Part shown: positions 26,980 to 38,429 of the stretch, piece by piece
Layout: every line of letters starts with the position of its first letter
Position numbering within the stretch: the stretch's first letter is position 1
Source: Eledone cirrhosa
Lineage: Eukaryota
DNA: 64,000 nt
Assembly: GCA_964016885.1 (NCBI GenBank)
Contig: OZ024740.1
Span: 277,078,001 to 277,142,000, forward strand
Direction of reading: 5' to 3'
Notes under the pieces: generated by a model
Seen by the model: only the letters and a program-made list of their open reading frames with translations
What the model was told of the DNA's origin: nothing
Database searches by the model: none
Made by a program: the position numbers and the translations under genes

Positions 26980-28205
26980 AGAGTGACTGGCAAATATATA
27001 CTGCGGCAGGACTTGAGAAATCGTGGGAGTATTGCCAAGATAATGTATATTCCATTTTAGACCTCAAAAATGCATATGACCGCGTTCCTCGGGACCTGCT
27101 GTGGAGGATTCTGCAGAAATACGATATCGATGGTCAGTTTTTTGTAGCCCTGATGTCTATATATGAAGACCCAAGTATTTGTGTTCAGAAAAATGGTGCT
27201 GAATCGAAACCATTCAATGTCGGCGTCGGACTCCGCCAAGGGTTCGTACTGTCACCATTCCTTTTCAATATTTTCACGAACTAGATTAACATGTGCACCC
27301 GGTTGAAGGTGGTATCACAAATGATAGGTGTAATGGAATTTTCAGACGACATGGTGTTACTTAACTCGACAGAAGGTGATCTTCGACTTGCAATTGATAG
27401 GTTGATGCTGAGTGCTGCATGGCTGGAATGAAAATCAGTGCTGAATAAACTGAGGCACTCGTCCTCTCAAGGAATCCTGTGCAGTGCAATCTACATTTGA
27501 ATAGTATTCCACTGAAGCAGGTGGAGAAGTTCAAGTATCTTGAGGCCCTGTTCACGTGTCATGGAAGGTAGGAGGCTGAATTAAGTGCACGAATTGCAGA
27601 AGCTGGTAATCAGCATTCGGTAGTCAGAAGTAGGGAGGTAGGTGTAAAAGGCAAACTCAATATCTCCAATTCCGTATTCGTGCCAACCCTTACCTATGGT
27701 TATGAATCTTTGGCAATGACCAAAAGAATATTATCGCGTGCACAAGCGACCGAAATGTGGTTCCTCCTAACGATCTTCGGTGTCAAGTTACTCGATAAAG
27801 TGCGTAGCTCGGAGATCCGAAAGCCTCTCCGGGTAGGGACGCCGCTTCTCCGAATTGAGAGATCACAGCTCTCATATATTGGCATGTGGTTAGAATGTCT
27901 TAGGAAAGAATCGCTGGACATATTTTACTGGCAATACCAATCGACAGGAGACCCAAAGGTAGACCCCGAGCAAGATGATTGGGAAATATCCATGAGCTTG
28001 GCTGGTCTCGCTTGGGAATCCAACCCAATCAATTGAAGACGGTTGCTTCTGACAGGACTCGCTGGAAGGAGTGTGAGAGGACTCGGCTCCCATGACCCTT
28101 TCAGGAATAGTTGGGCGAAGAAGAAGAAGAAGAAGAAGAAGAAGAAGAAGAAGAAGAAGAAGAAGAAGAAGAAGAAGAAGAAGAAGAAGAAGAAGAAGAA
28201 GAAGA
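26980..28205 (+). mobile_element. 5'-truncated decayed RTE-clade LINE with (AAG)n tail
   Basis: DLKNAYDRVPR, GLRQGFVLSPFLFNIF, FSDD, QVEKFKYL, PTLTYGYES..MTK; followed directly by (AAG)n at 28118-28205. Confidence 0.85.
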
Positions 28206-28402
28206 CTATTATTATGGTCATTTACGTTGAGACATATATTTTAGCCCATCTATATATTTTTATGTATATATCAAGATATCTAGCGAGCTAGATATGCTGT
28301 TCGCTAATTATATTTACGAGTCTCCCCAAACACCTTATAATTTCCACCTTTCTTTCCCTATCATATATATCCCACATATAACATATCTACTTCATTTACC
28401 TT

Positions 28403-28525
<123 letters not shown>

Positions 28526-28729
28526 GTTTGTGTGTATTTACAACCCTCGTCCTGTCACTATAGATGTAAGTCTATGTGTGTGCATATACACGTCTCTCTC
28601 GCTCCCTCTGTCTCCCCCTCTCTTTCCCTCTCTCCCACTCTATATATATATATACATATATATATATACATATATATATATATGTATGATGTATGTATGT
28701 GTGTCCATCTACACATCTCTTCCATTTTC

Positions 28730-28818
<89 letters not shown>

Positions 28819-28870
28819 GTGTGTGTGTATGCATAAACACAAATACACACACACACACACATACTTACAT

Positions 28871-28906
<36 letters not shown>

Positions 28907-29292
28907 GGATGTATAAGTGTCTATATCTGTGCGTGTGCGCGTGCATATAGCTTTCTGCCAGTCGTCATCATTTGCTTAGCTTAGCTAGTTTCGGGAAGAT
29001 GTAATTAAATGGGGCGAGACGAGCGCTATTCATTGAACACATTAACGTGATTGTATAGGAAACGGCCGGATGCTTTAGAAGCTAAAAAGGTTCAATACAT
29101 CGAAGGAGATTCGACCGAACAAAAAGGAAATATCACTGACCGAGGGAGGAAAGGGCAAGAATCAAGAAGCAACGGAGCAAAAGGCTTTCTGACGTTGAAA
29201 CAGTTCCAATGTGGAAATAAAGAGATCGGGGGCGGCGGTGATGGTATGGCAAGTGTGTTCATTGACACAGCTTTTGTTCTATATAGGCAGCG

Positions 29293-30975
29293 GTGGTAGC
29301 GTTGGTGGTGGCGGCCACGATGGTGGTGGTAGGGGTGGTGGTAGTGGTGGGGGTGGGGTGGGGTTAGTGGTGATGGGGGGGGAGTAGGAGGGGATGGTGG
29401 ATGATGGTAGTAGTGGCGGTGGTGATGGTGGTGGTGATGGTGGTGGTGGTGATGGTAGTGGTGGTGGTGGTGGTGATGTTGGTAGTGGTGGGAGTGATGG
29501 TGGTGGTGATGTTGGTGGTGATGGTAGTGGTGGTGGTGGTGATGGTGGTGATGGTAGTGGTAGTGGTAGTGGTGATGGTAGTGATGGTAGTGATGGTGGT
29601 GGTGATGGTGGTGGTGATGGTAGTGGTGGTGGTGGTGATGGTGGTGGTGATGGTAGTGGTGGTGGTGGTAATGGTGGTGGTGATGGTAGTAGTGGTGGTG
29701 GTGATGGTGGTGATGGTGGTGATGGTGGTGGTGATGGTAGTGGTGGGAGTGGGGTGGTAGTAGTGGTGATGGTGGTGGTGATGGTGGTGGTGGTGGTGGT
29801 GATGGTGGTGGTGATGGTAGTGGTGGTGGTGGTGATGTTGGTGGTGATGGTAGTGGTGGTGGTGGTGATGGTGGTGATGGTAGTGGTGGTGATGGTAGTG
29901 ATGGTAGTGATGGTGGTGGTGATGGTGGTGATGGTAGTGGTATTGGTGATGGTAGTGATGGTAGTGATGGTGGTGGTGATGGTGGTGGTGGTGATGGTAG
30001 TGGTGGTGGTGGTGAGGGTGGTGGTGATGGTAGTGGTGGTGGTGGTAATGGTGGTGGTGATGGTAGTAGTGGTGGTGGTGATGGTGGTGATGGTGGTGGT
30101 GATGGTAGTGGTGGTGGTGGTGATGGTGGTGATGGTGGAGGAAGTGATGTTGGTGAGGGAAGTGATGTTGGTGGGGGTGGTAGTGGTGGTAGTGTTGATG
30201 ATGGTGGTGGTGGTGATGGTGGGGGAAGTGATGTTGGTGGGGGGGGGGGGTGATGGTGGTGGTGGTGGTGATGGTGGGGGAAGTGATGTTGGTGGGGGTG
30301 GTAGTGGTGGGGATGGTGATGGTGGTGGTGATGGTGATGTTGGTGGGGATGGTGGTAGTGGTGGTGGTGATGGTGGTGGTGATGGTAGTGGTGGCAGCTG
30401 TGATGGTGGTGGAAGTGATGTTGGTGCGGGTGGTAGTGGTGGTGGTGGTGATGTTGCTGGTGGTGGTGATGTTGGTGGGGATGGTGGTAGTGGTGGTTGT
30501 GGTAGTAGTGGTGGTGGTTGGGGTGGTGGGGGTGATGGTCGTGGTGGCAGCTGCGATGGTGGTGGAAGTGATGTTGGTGGGGGTGGTAGTGATGGTGATG
30601 GTGGTGGTATGGTGGTGATGTTGATGTGGATGGTGGTGGTGGTGGTGGTGGTAGTAGTGGTGATGGTAATGGTAGTGGTAGTGGTGGTGGTGATTGTCGT
30701 GGTGATGGTAGTGGTGGTGAGTGGTGTTGATGTTGGTGGTGATGGTAGTGGTGGGGATGGTGGTAGTGGTGGTGGTGGTGGTAGTAGTGGTGGTGGTGAT
30801 GGTAGTGGTGGTGGGTGGTGTTGGTGGTGTTGGTGGTAGTATTGGTGGTGGTGATGGTGGTGGTGATGGTAGTGGTGGCAGCTGCGATGGTGGTGGAAGT
30901 GATGTTGGTGGGGTTTGTAGTGGTGGTGGTGGTGATGGTGGTGGTGGTGGTGGTGGTGGTAGTATGGTGGCGGGG
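29293..30975. repeat. Compound (GGT/GAT/AGT)n trinucleotide array
   Basis: Direct inspection. Confidence 0.95.
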
Positions 30976-31216
30976 TAATAGCTGAACTGTCAGCTACCTT
31001 TGTTCGTTTCACCAAAACTATGTGAAGGTATTTCTCACGGCAGGGGTGTATTTGTTATAAGTCCGGTGTATTATACGCACACACACACAAACAAATATAT
31101 GTATATATATATATATATAAACATACATACACACAGACACAGATATAAACTCCACCCCGACCCACTCTACTTCTCCCAGGATTGAGTACTCCCATTTATG
31201 GTCTCCGCGGTCTCAG

Positions 31217-31299
<83 letters not shown>

Positions 31300-31473
31300 T
31301 ATATATATATATATATACATATACAGTTTTTTCCGTTGTGTTGTAATATAAATATTACACACAGTAGATTATCAGCTCACGTAGAGTTTGCTCGACGGTT
31401 CCAGTTGTAGTTCCAAAAGTAATCCGGAGAAAAATAGAAAGATTTGAATGGATACAGTTTAGTTGAAAGGAAT

Positions 31474-31590
31474 TTATTGACACGTGTTTCTATAACTGTT
31501 ACATAACCTAAAACAGCTATCTACAAACTTTTAGTTATGCAGACATTCAATATTTCAATGTTATTGTTTACTGTCATTTCATCAGAATAA
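31474..31590 (-). ncRNA. Hammerhead ribozyme with branched stem II (inverted copy)
   Basis: Reverse complement of 35636-35752, one substitution seen near 31498. Confidence 0.72.
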
Positions 31591-32182
31591 TATTACTGAG
31601 GACCTATTTAGTTTTTATAGAGAATATTAGGAGGAAGGGGTGAAGTTGTTAGAAGAATAGTTGAAGGAGTGGTTTTTCGATAGCAGTGAGAATTCTTGGT
31701 GGCAGTGATTAATTAGATTCCCATCTGTTGTTTTGACATTTTTTATAGAATATATTATTGGTTATTTTTCTAAATCTATAGAAGGATTAGAGATAGTAAA
31801 GATATGCGTGGTTGGTTTTGTGTTTGCACTTAACATTCAGACTTAAATTTTTCTTTCAAGTGTACGTATTCTTTCACCCACGCATTCACACACAAATATA
31901 TTTGCACACCTCTACAAAATACATATACTCACAATTCACATATTCATACTTACATATATATACACATGCATACACATATATATACACACATGTATTCATG
32001 TACATACATACGCGCTCATGTGTATACATTTTCATACTCAACTTATCTTTATATATACACACGTATAGACACACACATATATACATACATACTCTAGTCC
32101 ATGTGTACACACATACACATACATACACATCCATATACACATACATACATACACATATATATATATACATATATACATATAC

Positions 32183-32213
<31 letters not shown>

Positions 32214-32236
32214 CACATACATATATACACACATAT

Positions 32237-32277
<41 letters not shown>

Positions 32278-32533
32278 CATTTTAATACATGAATACACTT
32301 ACATCTAACTATACACATCAAACATATATATATATTTACTTATTTATATACATTTTCACATATATATACATACTTATGGACGTTTTTAGACACATTCATT
32401 ATCGCATATTTGTACCTATTCTCATCAGCATATCTTTTCATTATTAGTATGGTAATTTAAGGTTATTAATATATGTTGAGAAGAGATTGTTTTTATATTT
32501 TTCTAACTAGATTAAGGTTTATATAGTTGGGGG

Positions 32534-34681
32534 ATGTCCCTCTTTAGGACTTGTAAAAACCCACCCACCAACCCACTATTAGATGCATTTGAGCAGGACC
32601 TTATGAACTTAATCCTTAAAATTAAATTCAAAGGACGCAACACCAACAGCAAATTACAGAAAGATATAAAAAAACTACTGGACGACCTTAAAAACACCAA
32701 AGGAATTGTAGTAAAAGCGGACAAAACATCAAACCTGTACACTATGGATTGCACTACATACAACAACTTCATTCGAAAAGAATTACATAAAAAATATAGA
32801 AAAACGAGTGAAGTAACCCTTAAGCACATCAATGATGAGGCATGCGAAATAGTGAAAAATCTCGGAATCGAAGATAGGACAGGACCACTCTTACCGGCGG
32901 TACCCACTTTCAATCTTAAGGACCACAAGGTAAACTTTGATAATGACCCTAAAATTAGATTAATCTGCCCCTCTAAATCAGATATAGGTAAAATAAGCAA
33001 ATATATCTTAGATAGAATCATCCCCCAAATTAAGGCTAAGGTTAACATTAAACTCTGGGGGAAGACCCAAGAAGCAATAAGATGGTTTAATAGCATTAGC
33101 AATAAGAATAAATCTAAGTTTATCCAGTTTGATATCGATGAATATTACTCATCGATATCACCTGAAACTTTGAATAGAGCCATTAAGTTTGCTAAGGATA
33201 ACTCCGACCTTACAAACGATGAAATTAAGATTATATTAGAAGCTAGGAAAACTATAGTCAAATTTGAGAACAGTTATTGGGTACGTAAAGATAGACCCTC
33301 TAACTTTGACATAACAATGGGCTCTAACGATTCGGCGGAAATAACTGATATTGTGGGGTTATTTATCGCCTTTAGACTCCAGGAAAAATTCAGCAATCTC
33401 CACGGCGGAATATACCGCGACGATGTTCTCCTCCTAGCTAAAAACCTTAATAACCAAAAACTAGAAAAACTACGCAAAGATATAAGAAAACTACTACTCG
33501 AAATAGGACTAACTATAACATATGAATACAACCTTAAAGTAGTTAACTTCCTGGATGTCACACTCAATTTAAACTCTGGTTTGATTAAACCGTTTCATAA
33601 ATTGAATGAAAATCTCAAATACGTAAATGTTGGGTCTAACCACCCCATCTCTATAATTAAATCTATCCCTAAAAATATTTCCCTTAGAATCTCGGGTCTA
33701 TCTTCTAACATACAAGTATTTAAGGAACACGCCGAGTACTACGATAACGCCCTTAGTAAAGCAGGCTACCTCAACAAAATAGAGTACATAGATGGGAACA
33801 ATCAAAACACCCAAAATAAATCCCACATAGGTAGATATAATAACACAACACCAAACCACACTTACTACCATAGTATGCACACCAGTAAACCAACAAACAA
33901 AACTAATAGAAAGCGATGCAAAGAGTACTTATGGTATAACCCCGAATACAATAGCTCCATTAGTACAAATTTACCAGTACTCTTCTTTAAAATAATTAAA
34001 AGACATTTTCCCACATCACACAAATACCACAAAATCCTAAACCCTACCACTATAAGACTGTCATACTCTACAGCGTTAAACCTTGAACAACACATAAAAA
34101 AGATCAATACTAGAAGGTTAAACGAAAACACTAAGAACTTAAGTACAAAGAACCCCAAAAAAACAGTAGACAATACACTACAGAACATAAATAAACCACA
34201 CCTAAGTTCGTCCGCAATACTACTCCAGAGTAAACCCAACGTACACAACTGTAACTGCACCTATCCTGACAACTGCCCCCTCGGCAATAACTGCCTGGAA
34301 AAAAATATTATTTATAAGTGTACCATTAAATCCGGAGGCAACGAGTGGTATTACGTGGGATCAACGGCAACATCGTTTAAATCTCGATTGTATAGGCATT
34401 CTTACTCAATAAAACACCAGAGCCAAAGAAATGTAACAACTTTAGCAGAAAAAGCTTGGACGCTCAGGGATAGCAATCAAAAGTTTACCCTAAAATGGGA
34501 AAAATTAGCTAAAACCCAGAGCTTTTCCAGGAGCCAAAATTTCTGCAAATTGTGTAATCTTGAGATTTATTACATAATCACACACAAGAAGAAACTGCTG
34601 AATAACAGAATTGAACGAACATTATTCTGCCGTCACAGAACTAAAACCCTTTTTTCCCACTACAAGCAGAATATTACATAA
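32534..34681 (+). CDS. PLE reverse transcriptase + GIY-YIG endonuclease, 715 aa
   Basis: VKADKT, FIQFDIDEYYSSI, TMGSNDSAEITDIVG, IYRDD, FLDVTL, SNHP, WYNP, CNC..CPL..C, IIY..YVGSTATSFKSR..RH, CKLC..E, CRH. Confidence 0.95.
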   Translation: MSLFRTCKNPPTNPLLDAFEQDLMNLILKIKFKGRNTNSKLQKDIKKLLDDLKNTKGIVVKADKTSNLYTMDCTTYNNFIRKELHKKYRKTSEVTLKHINDEACEIVKNLGIEDRTGPLLPAVPTFNLKDHKVNFDNDPKIRLICPSKSDIGKISKYILDRIIPQIKAKVNIKLWGKTQEAIRWFNSISNKNKSKFIQFDIDEYYSSISPETLNRAIKFAKDNSDLTNDEIKIILEARKTIVKFENSYWVRKDRPSNFDITMGSNDSAEITDIVGLFIAFRLQEKFSNLHGGIYRDDVLLLAKNLNNQKLEKLRKDIRKLLLEIGLTITYEYNLKVVNFLDVTLNLNSGLIKPFHKLNENLKYVNVGSNHPISIIKSIPKNISLRISGLSSNIQVFKEHAEYYDNALSKAGYLNKIEYIDGNNQNTQNKSHIGRYNNTTPNHTYYHSMHTSKPTNKTNRKRCKEYLWYNPEYNSSISTNLPVLFFKIIKRHFPTSHKYHKILNPTTIRLSYSTALNLEQHIKKINTRRLNENTKNLSTKNPKKTVDNTLQNINKPHLSSSAILLQSKPNVHNCNCTYPDNCPLGNNCLEKNIIYKCTIKSGGNEWYYVGSTATSFKSRLYRHSYSIKHQSQRNVTTLAEKAWTLRDSNQKFTLKWEKLAKTQSFSRSQNFCKLCNLEIYYIITHKKKLLNNRIERTLFCRHRTKTLFSHYKQNIT

Positions 34682-34948
34682 AAGAGGGACATCCCCCAAC
34701 TATATAAACCTTAATCTAGTTAGAAAAATATAAAAACAATCTCTTCTCAACATATATTAATAACCTTAAATTACCATACTAATAATGAAAAGATATGCTG
34801 ATGAGAATAGGTACAAATATGCGATAATGAATGTGTCTAAAAACGTCCATAAGTATGTATATATATGTGAAAATGTATATAAATAAGTAAATATATATAT
34901 ATGTTTGATGTGTATAGTTAGATGTAAGTGTATTCATGTATTAAAATG

Positions 34949-34989
<41 letters not shown>

Positions 34990-35012
34990 ATATGTGTGTA
35001 TATATGTATGTG

Positions 35013-35043
<31 letters not shown>

Positions 35044-35635
35044 GTATATGTATATATGTATATATATATATGTGTATGTATGTATGTGTATATGGATGTG
35101 TATGTATGTGTATGTGTGTACACATGGACTAGAGTATGTATGTATATATGTGTGTGTCTATACGTGTGTATATATAAAGATAAGTTGAGTATGAAAATGT
35201 ATACACATGAGCGCGTATGTATGTACATGAATACATGTGTGTATATATATGTGTATGCATGTGTATATATATGTAAGTATGAATATGTGAATTGTGAGTA
35301 TATGTATTTTGTAGAGGTGTGCAAATATATTTGTGTGTGAATGCGTGGGTGAAAGAATACGTACACTTGAAAGAAAAATTTAAGTCTGAATGTTAAGTGC
35401 AAACACAAAACCAACCACGCATATCTTTACTATCTCTAATCCTTCTATAGATTTAGAAAAATAACCAATAATATATTCTATAAAAAATGTCAAAACAACA
35501 GATGGGAATCTAATTAATCACTGCCACCAAGAATTCTCACTGCTATCGAAAAACCACTCCTTCAACTATTCTTCTAACAACTTCACCCCTTCCTCCTAAT
35601 ATTCTCTATAAAAACTAAATAGGTCCTCAGTAATA

Positions 35636-35752
35636 TTATTCTGATGAAATGACAGTAAACAATAACATTGAAATATTGAATGTCTGCATAACTAAAAGTT
35701 TGTAGATAGCTGTTTTAGGTTATGTAACTGTTATAGAAACACGTGTCAATAA
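35636..35752 (+). ncRNA. Type I hammerhead ribozyme with ~88-nt branched stem II
   Basis: ttatt-CTGATGA-a-atgacagt...actgttat-a-GAAA-cacgtg-TC-aataa; GUC site, palindromic ACACGUGU stem III. Confidence 0.78.
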
Positions 35753-35863
35753 ATTCCTTTCAACTAAACTGTATCCATTCAAATCTTTCTATATATATAC
35801 ATATATATATATATGATAATAATGGAGCTGCGGCGCTGCAAATGGGTTACATATGAAAAAGTT

Positions 35864-35967
35864 TGTCCTCATCAGTGGCCTTCCAACCGTCGTAGGCATT
35901 TCGTCGCATTGAAGGCCATATACCTCAGGTTGGTGCGAGCAACGGCTAAAAAAAAGTCGTTGGGACA
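35864..35967 (-). ncRNA. Permuted hammerhead-like structured RNA, copy C (within family P copy 35815-36017)
   Basis: aggtaTA-tggccttc...GAAAtgcct...gaaggcca-CTGATGA-ggaca. Confidence 0.65.
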
Positions 35968-36064
35968 CGTAAATAAAGGGGACGCTAGGGTAAACAAACA
36001 AAATGGTTTAAGCAGCAATATATATATAGAGTGAGATAGATAGGTTTTTTTTATTATGGGAGAA

Positions 36065-36120
<56 letters not shown>

Positions 36121-36122
<2 letters not shown>

Positions 36123-36475
36123 TTCTTTATTAGCCACAGGGGCACACAAGAAGGGGACAAATACAAAGGGGGAAGTTTACATACAATAAAAACGTGTAAA
36201 ATGTTATCACAGATGGAATTTAAAAGTTAGTCGATTTTCCCCAATAGAGGGAGACAGTTTATATGGGTAACACATACCCCCGAAAAAAATGTGCAACCCT
36301 CATCTCCAGGAGTACGAAGAGCTTGTACTCCTTTCCTCTCCTCCTCCTTTTCCTCAACCTACAGGCTGATATAGAGAGAAGGCCCATTCACTCGGGCCAT
36401 TCTCGCCACTTTCACCCACCTTTCATAAAACTTGCTGGGGTACAGCACCTCTCTCTCCATCCTGATTCTTCTTCC

Positions 36476-36478
<3 letters not shown>
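36121..36478 (-). mobile_element. 3' fragment of a Tx1/L1-clade LINE inserted in (GATA)n
   Basis: RIRMEREVLYPSKFYERWVKVARMARVNGPSL matches the C-terminus at 47217; similar 3' end; (GATA)n both sides. Confidence 0.85.
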
Positions 36479-36562
<84 letters not shown>

Positions 36563-36847
36563 TGCATACAAACACACACACACATATATATATATATATA
36601 GTAATGAACTCTCGTCAGGTATCCGGCGAGAAATGTTCCAGGTGATTATTCAATGAAACGGCCTTGCGTGACAGGTCTCACCATTTGAATTACAACTACA
36701 GGATTTCGATGAGCTTCTAACAAGAGTTGAGTCGACAGACAGACACGAACACACGCACATGTGTGTATATGTGCATGCGTTGCGCTTGTATGTGTGTGTG
36801 CGTGTGAATGTGTACATGCGTTTATATATATATATATATATATATAT

Positions 36848-37057
36848 AGCGAGGGAAAAGTGGTAAGGAACCAGGTGGACCATAACGCACCAAAGTACTC
36901 AATACTTAGGGTAGTAGAGTGGGTAATAGGAGTAAGTAAGACCCCGACGGCTGAGCTCAAGCCGTTTCGACGGCTAATTCTGTACTCAGCTAATTTAGTA
37001 CAGAATTAGCCGTTGAAACGGCTTGAGCTCAGCCGTCGGGGTCTTACTTACTCCTAT
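36848..37057. repeat. Fold-back mini-element family H, copy 4
   Basis: ~62-bp inverted arms around ~36992; right arm reads GAAAcggc..gccgTCggggtc (HHR 3' half). Confidence 0.85.
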
Positions 37058-37280
37058 ATATATATATATATATATTATGTGTTGGGAGGTGCAAATTCCT
37101 GAATCTCTCCCATTACGAAATAGTGAGACGCAGTGTAAATGATATAACTATTTTCAGTATTCAGTAATCCATTATCTTCGTACGGTCCCTATTAACATGT
37201 ACATATCTCTCTTTACCTATCCCTCAGAATAATACCCCCATTTTGTCTCTCTCTCTCTCTCAGTACACACACACTCACAT

Positions 37281-37360
<80 letters not shown>

Positions 37361-37556
37361 ACTAGACATTGATTAACATATACATAAACATCAATAATCA
37401 CAGGAGATAATTTTTACAAGTGTGTAACCACACATAGCTAGGTAGGTAACTAAATAAAGTTGACCAGAACTTCAAAAATACACTTCTAGTCCTGTAGAAT
37501 CTCATCTATATTATATATATATATATCGTAAAACGGTGATGATGATGATGATGATG

Positions 37557-37663
<107 letters not shown>

Positions 37664-37810
37664 AAACACACTAGAGAGAGTGTGTGTCTATCAAGTTACA
37701 GGGAATACCACTAGCGTATGGAACCTATAAACTAAGAAAGGTGAGGTAGATACATTATAATTAAAAATATAAATTAGAATGAAGGAACCCACCTTTATAA
37801 CTATATGTCA

Positions 37811-37889
37811 CACACGTACAAACTCAGAGAGATTGTTTCACCAGAAAATCAATGTTTGGATTGAACTCCCTCTGGTTCATCAGCGTGTG
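37811..37889 (-). ncRNA. Type I hammerhead ribozyme (orphan)
   Basis: cacacg-CTGATGA-accagag...ttctggt-GAAA-caa..ttg-TA-cgtgtg; all three stems pair. Confidence 0.82.
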
Positions 37890-38429
37890 GTACGTGAATA
37901 CATTCCAAACGACTCTAAGAGAACTTAAAGTAACTGCCTTGCAACACGTGGTAGAGAGAAGGAAGTGTGTGTATGAGACAGAAGACCAGTGGCTTGGGTG
38001 GGGTGTGTCACTAATATATGTGTGAAAAAAAAAATATATGCGTGTGTGTGTGCGTGTGTGTCTGTGTCTGTGTATGTATATATATATATGTATTTTTTAT
38101 GTATGTGTGTGCATGGTTGTTTGCGATCTATTGGATTGCTGCTTACAATCTTTAACAGTGATTTTCTTTATATATATGTGTATGTGTGTGTGTTGTGAAT
38201 GCATGTGCGTGTGCGTATCTGTGTCTGTATCTGTGTGTATATATGTATATATGTGTGTGTGTGTTTGTGTACGTGTGTTTGTGTACGTGTGCTTATTTGT
38301 GTACGTGTGCTTATTTGTGTGTGTGTGTGTTAATCTTTTATTCTTCTACTTGTTCCAGTAGATGAGCCGATGGCTCATCTAGTATCTTAGCAAAACATTA
38401 GATGAAAACATTTACATTCACCCCGTGAA

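Larger units (their letters stand above)
31325..35792 (+). mobile_element. Penelope-like retroelement (Naiad-type) with ~1.1-kb near-perfect inverted repeats
   Basis: 31434-32545 is the reverse complement of 34681-35792; intact RT+GIY-YIG frame; (TA)n flanks. Confidence 0.95.

Noticed and set aside
29279-31015. 578-aa Pro/Thr/His-rich and 481-aa Gly/Val-rich ORFs
   Set aside because: Stop-free trinucleotide array open in several frames on both strands; no domain or splice evidence
34797-34805. CTGATGA in the 3' UTR (also at 46374 and 46731)
   Set aside because: No matching GAAA, NUH or stems
31434-35792. DNA transposon or Polinton suggested by long TIRs
   Set aside because: The enclosed ORF is a PLE RT/GIY-YIG and the repeat is its 3' UTR
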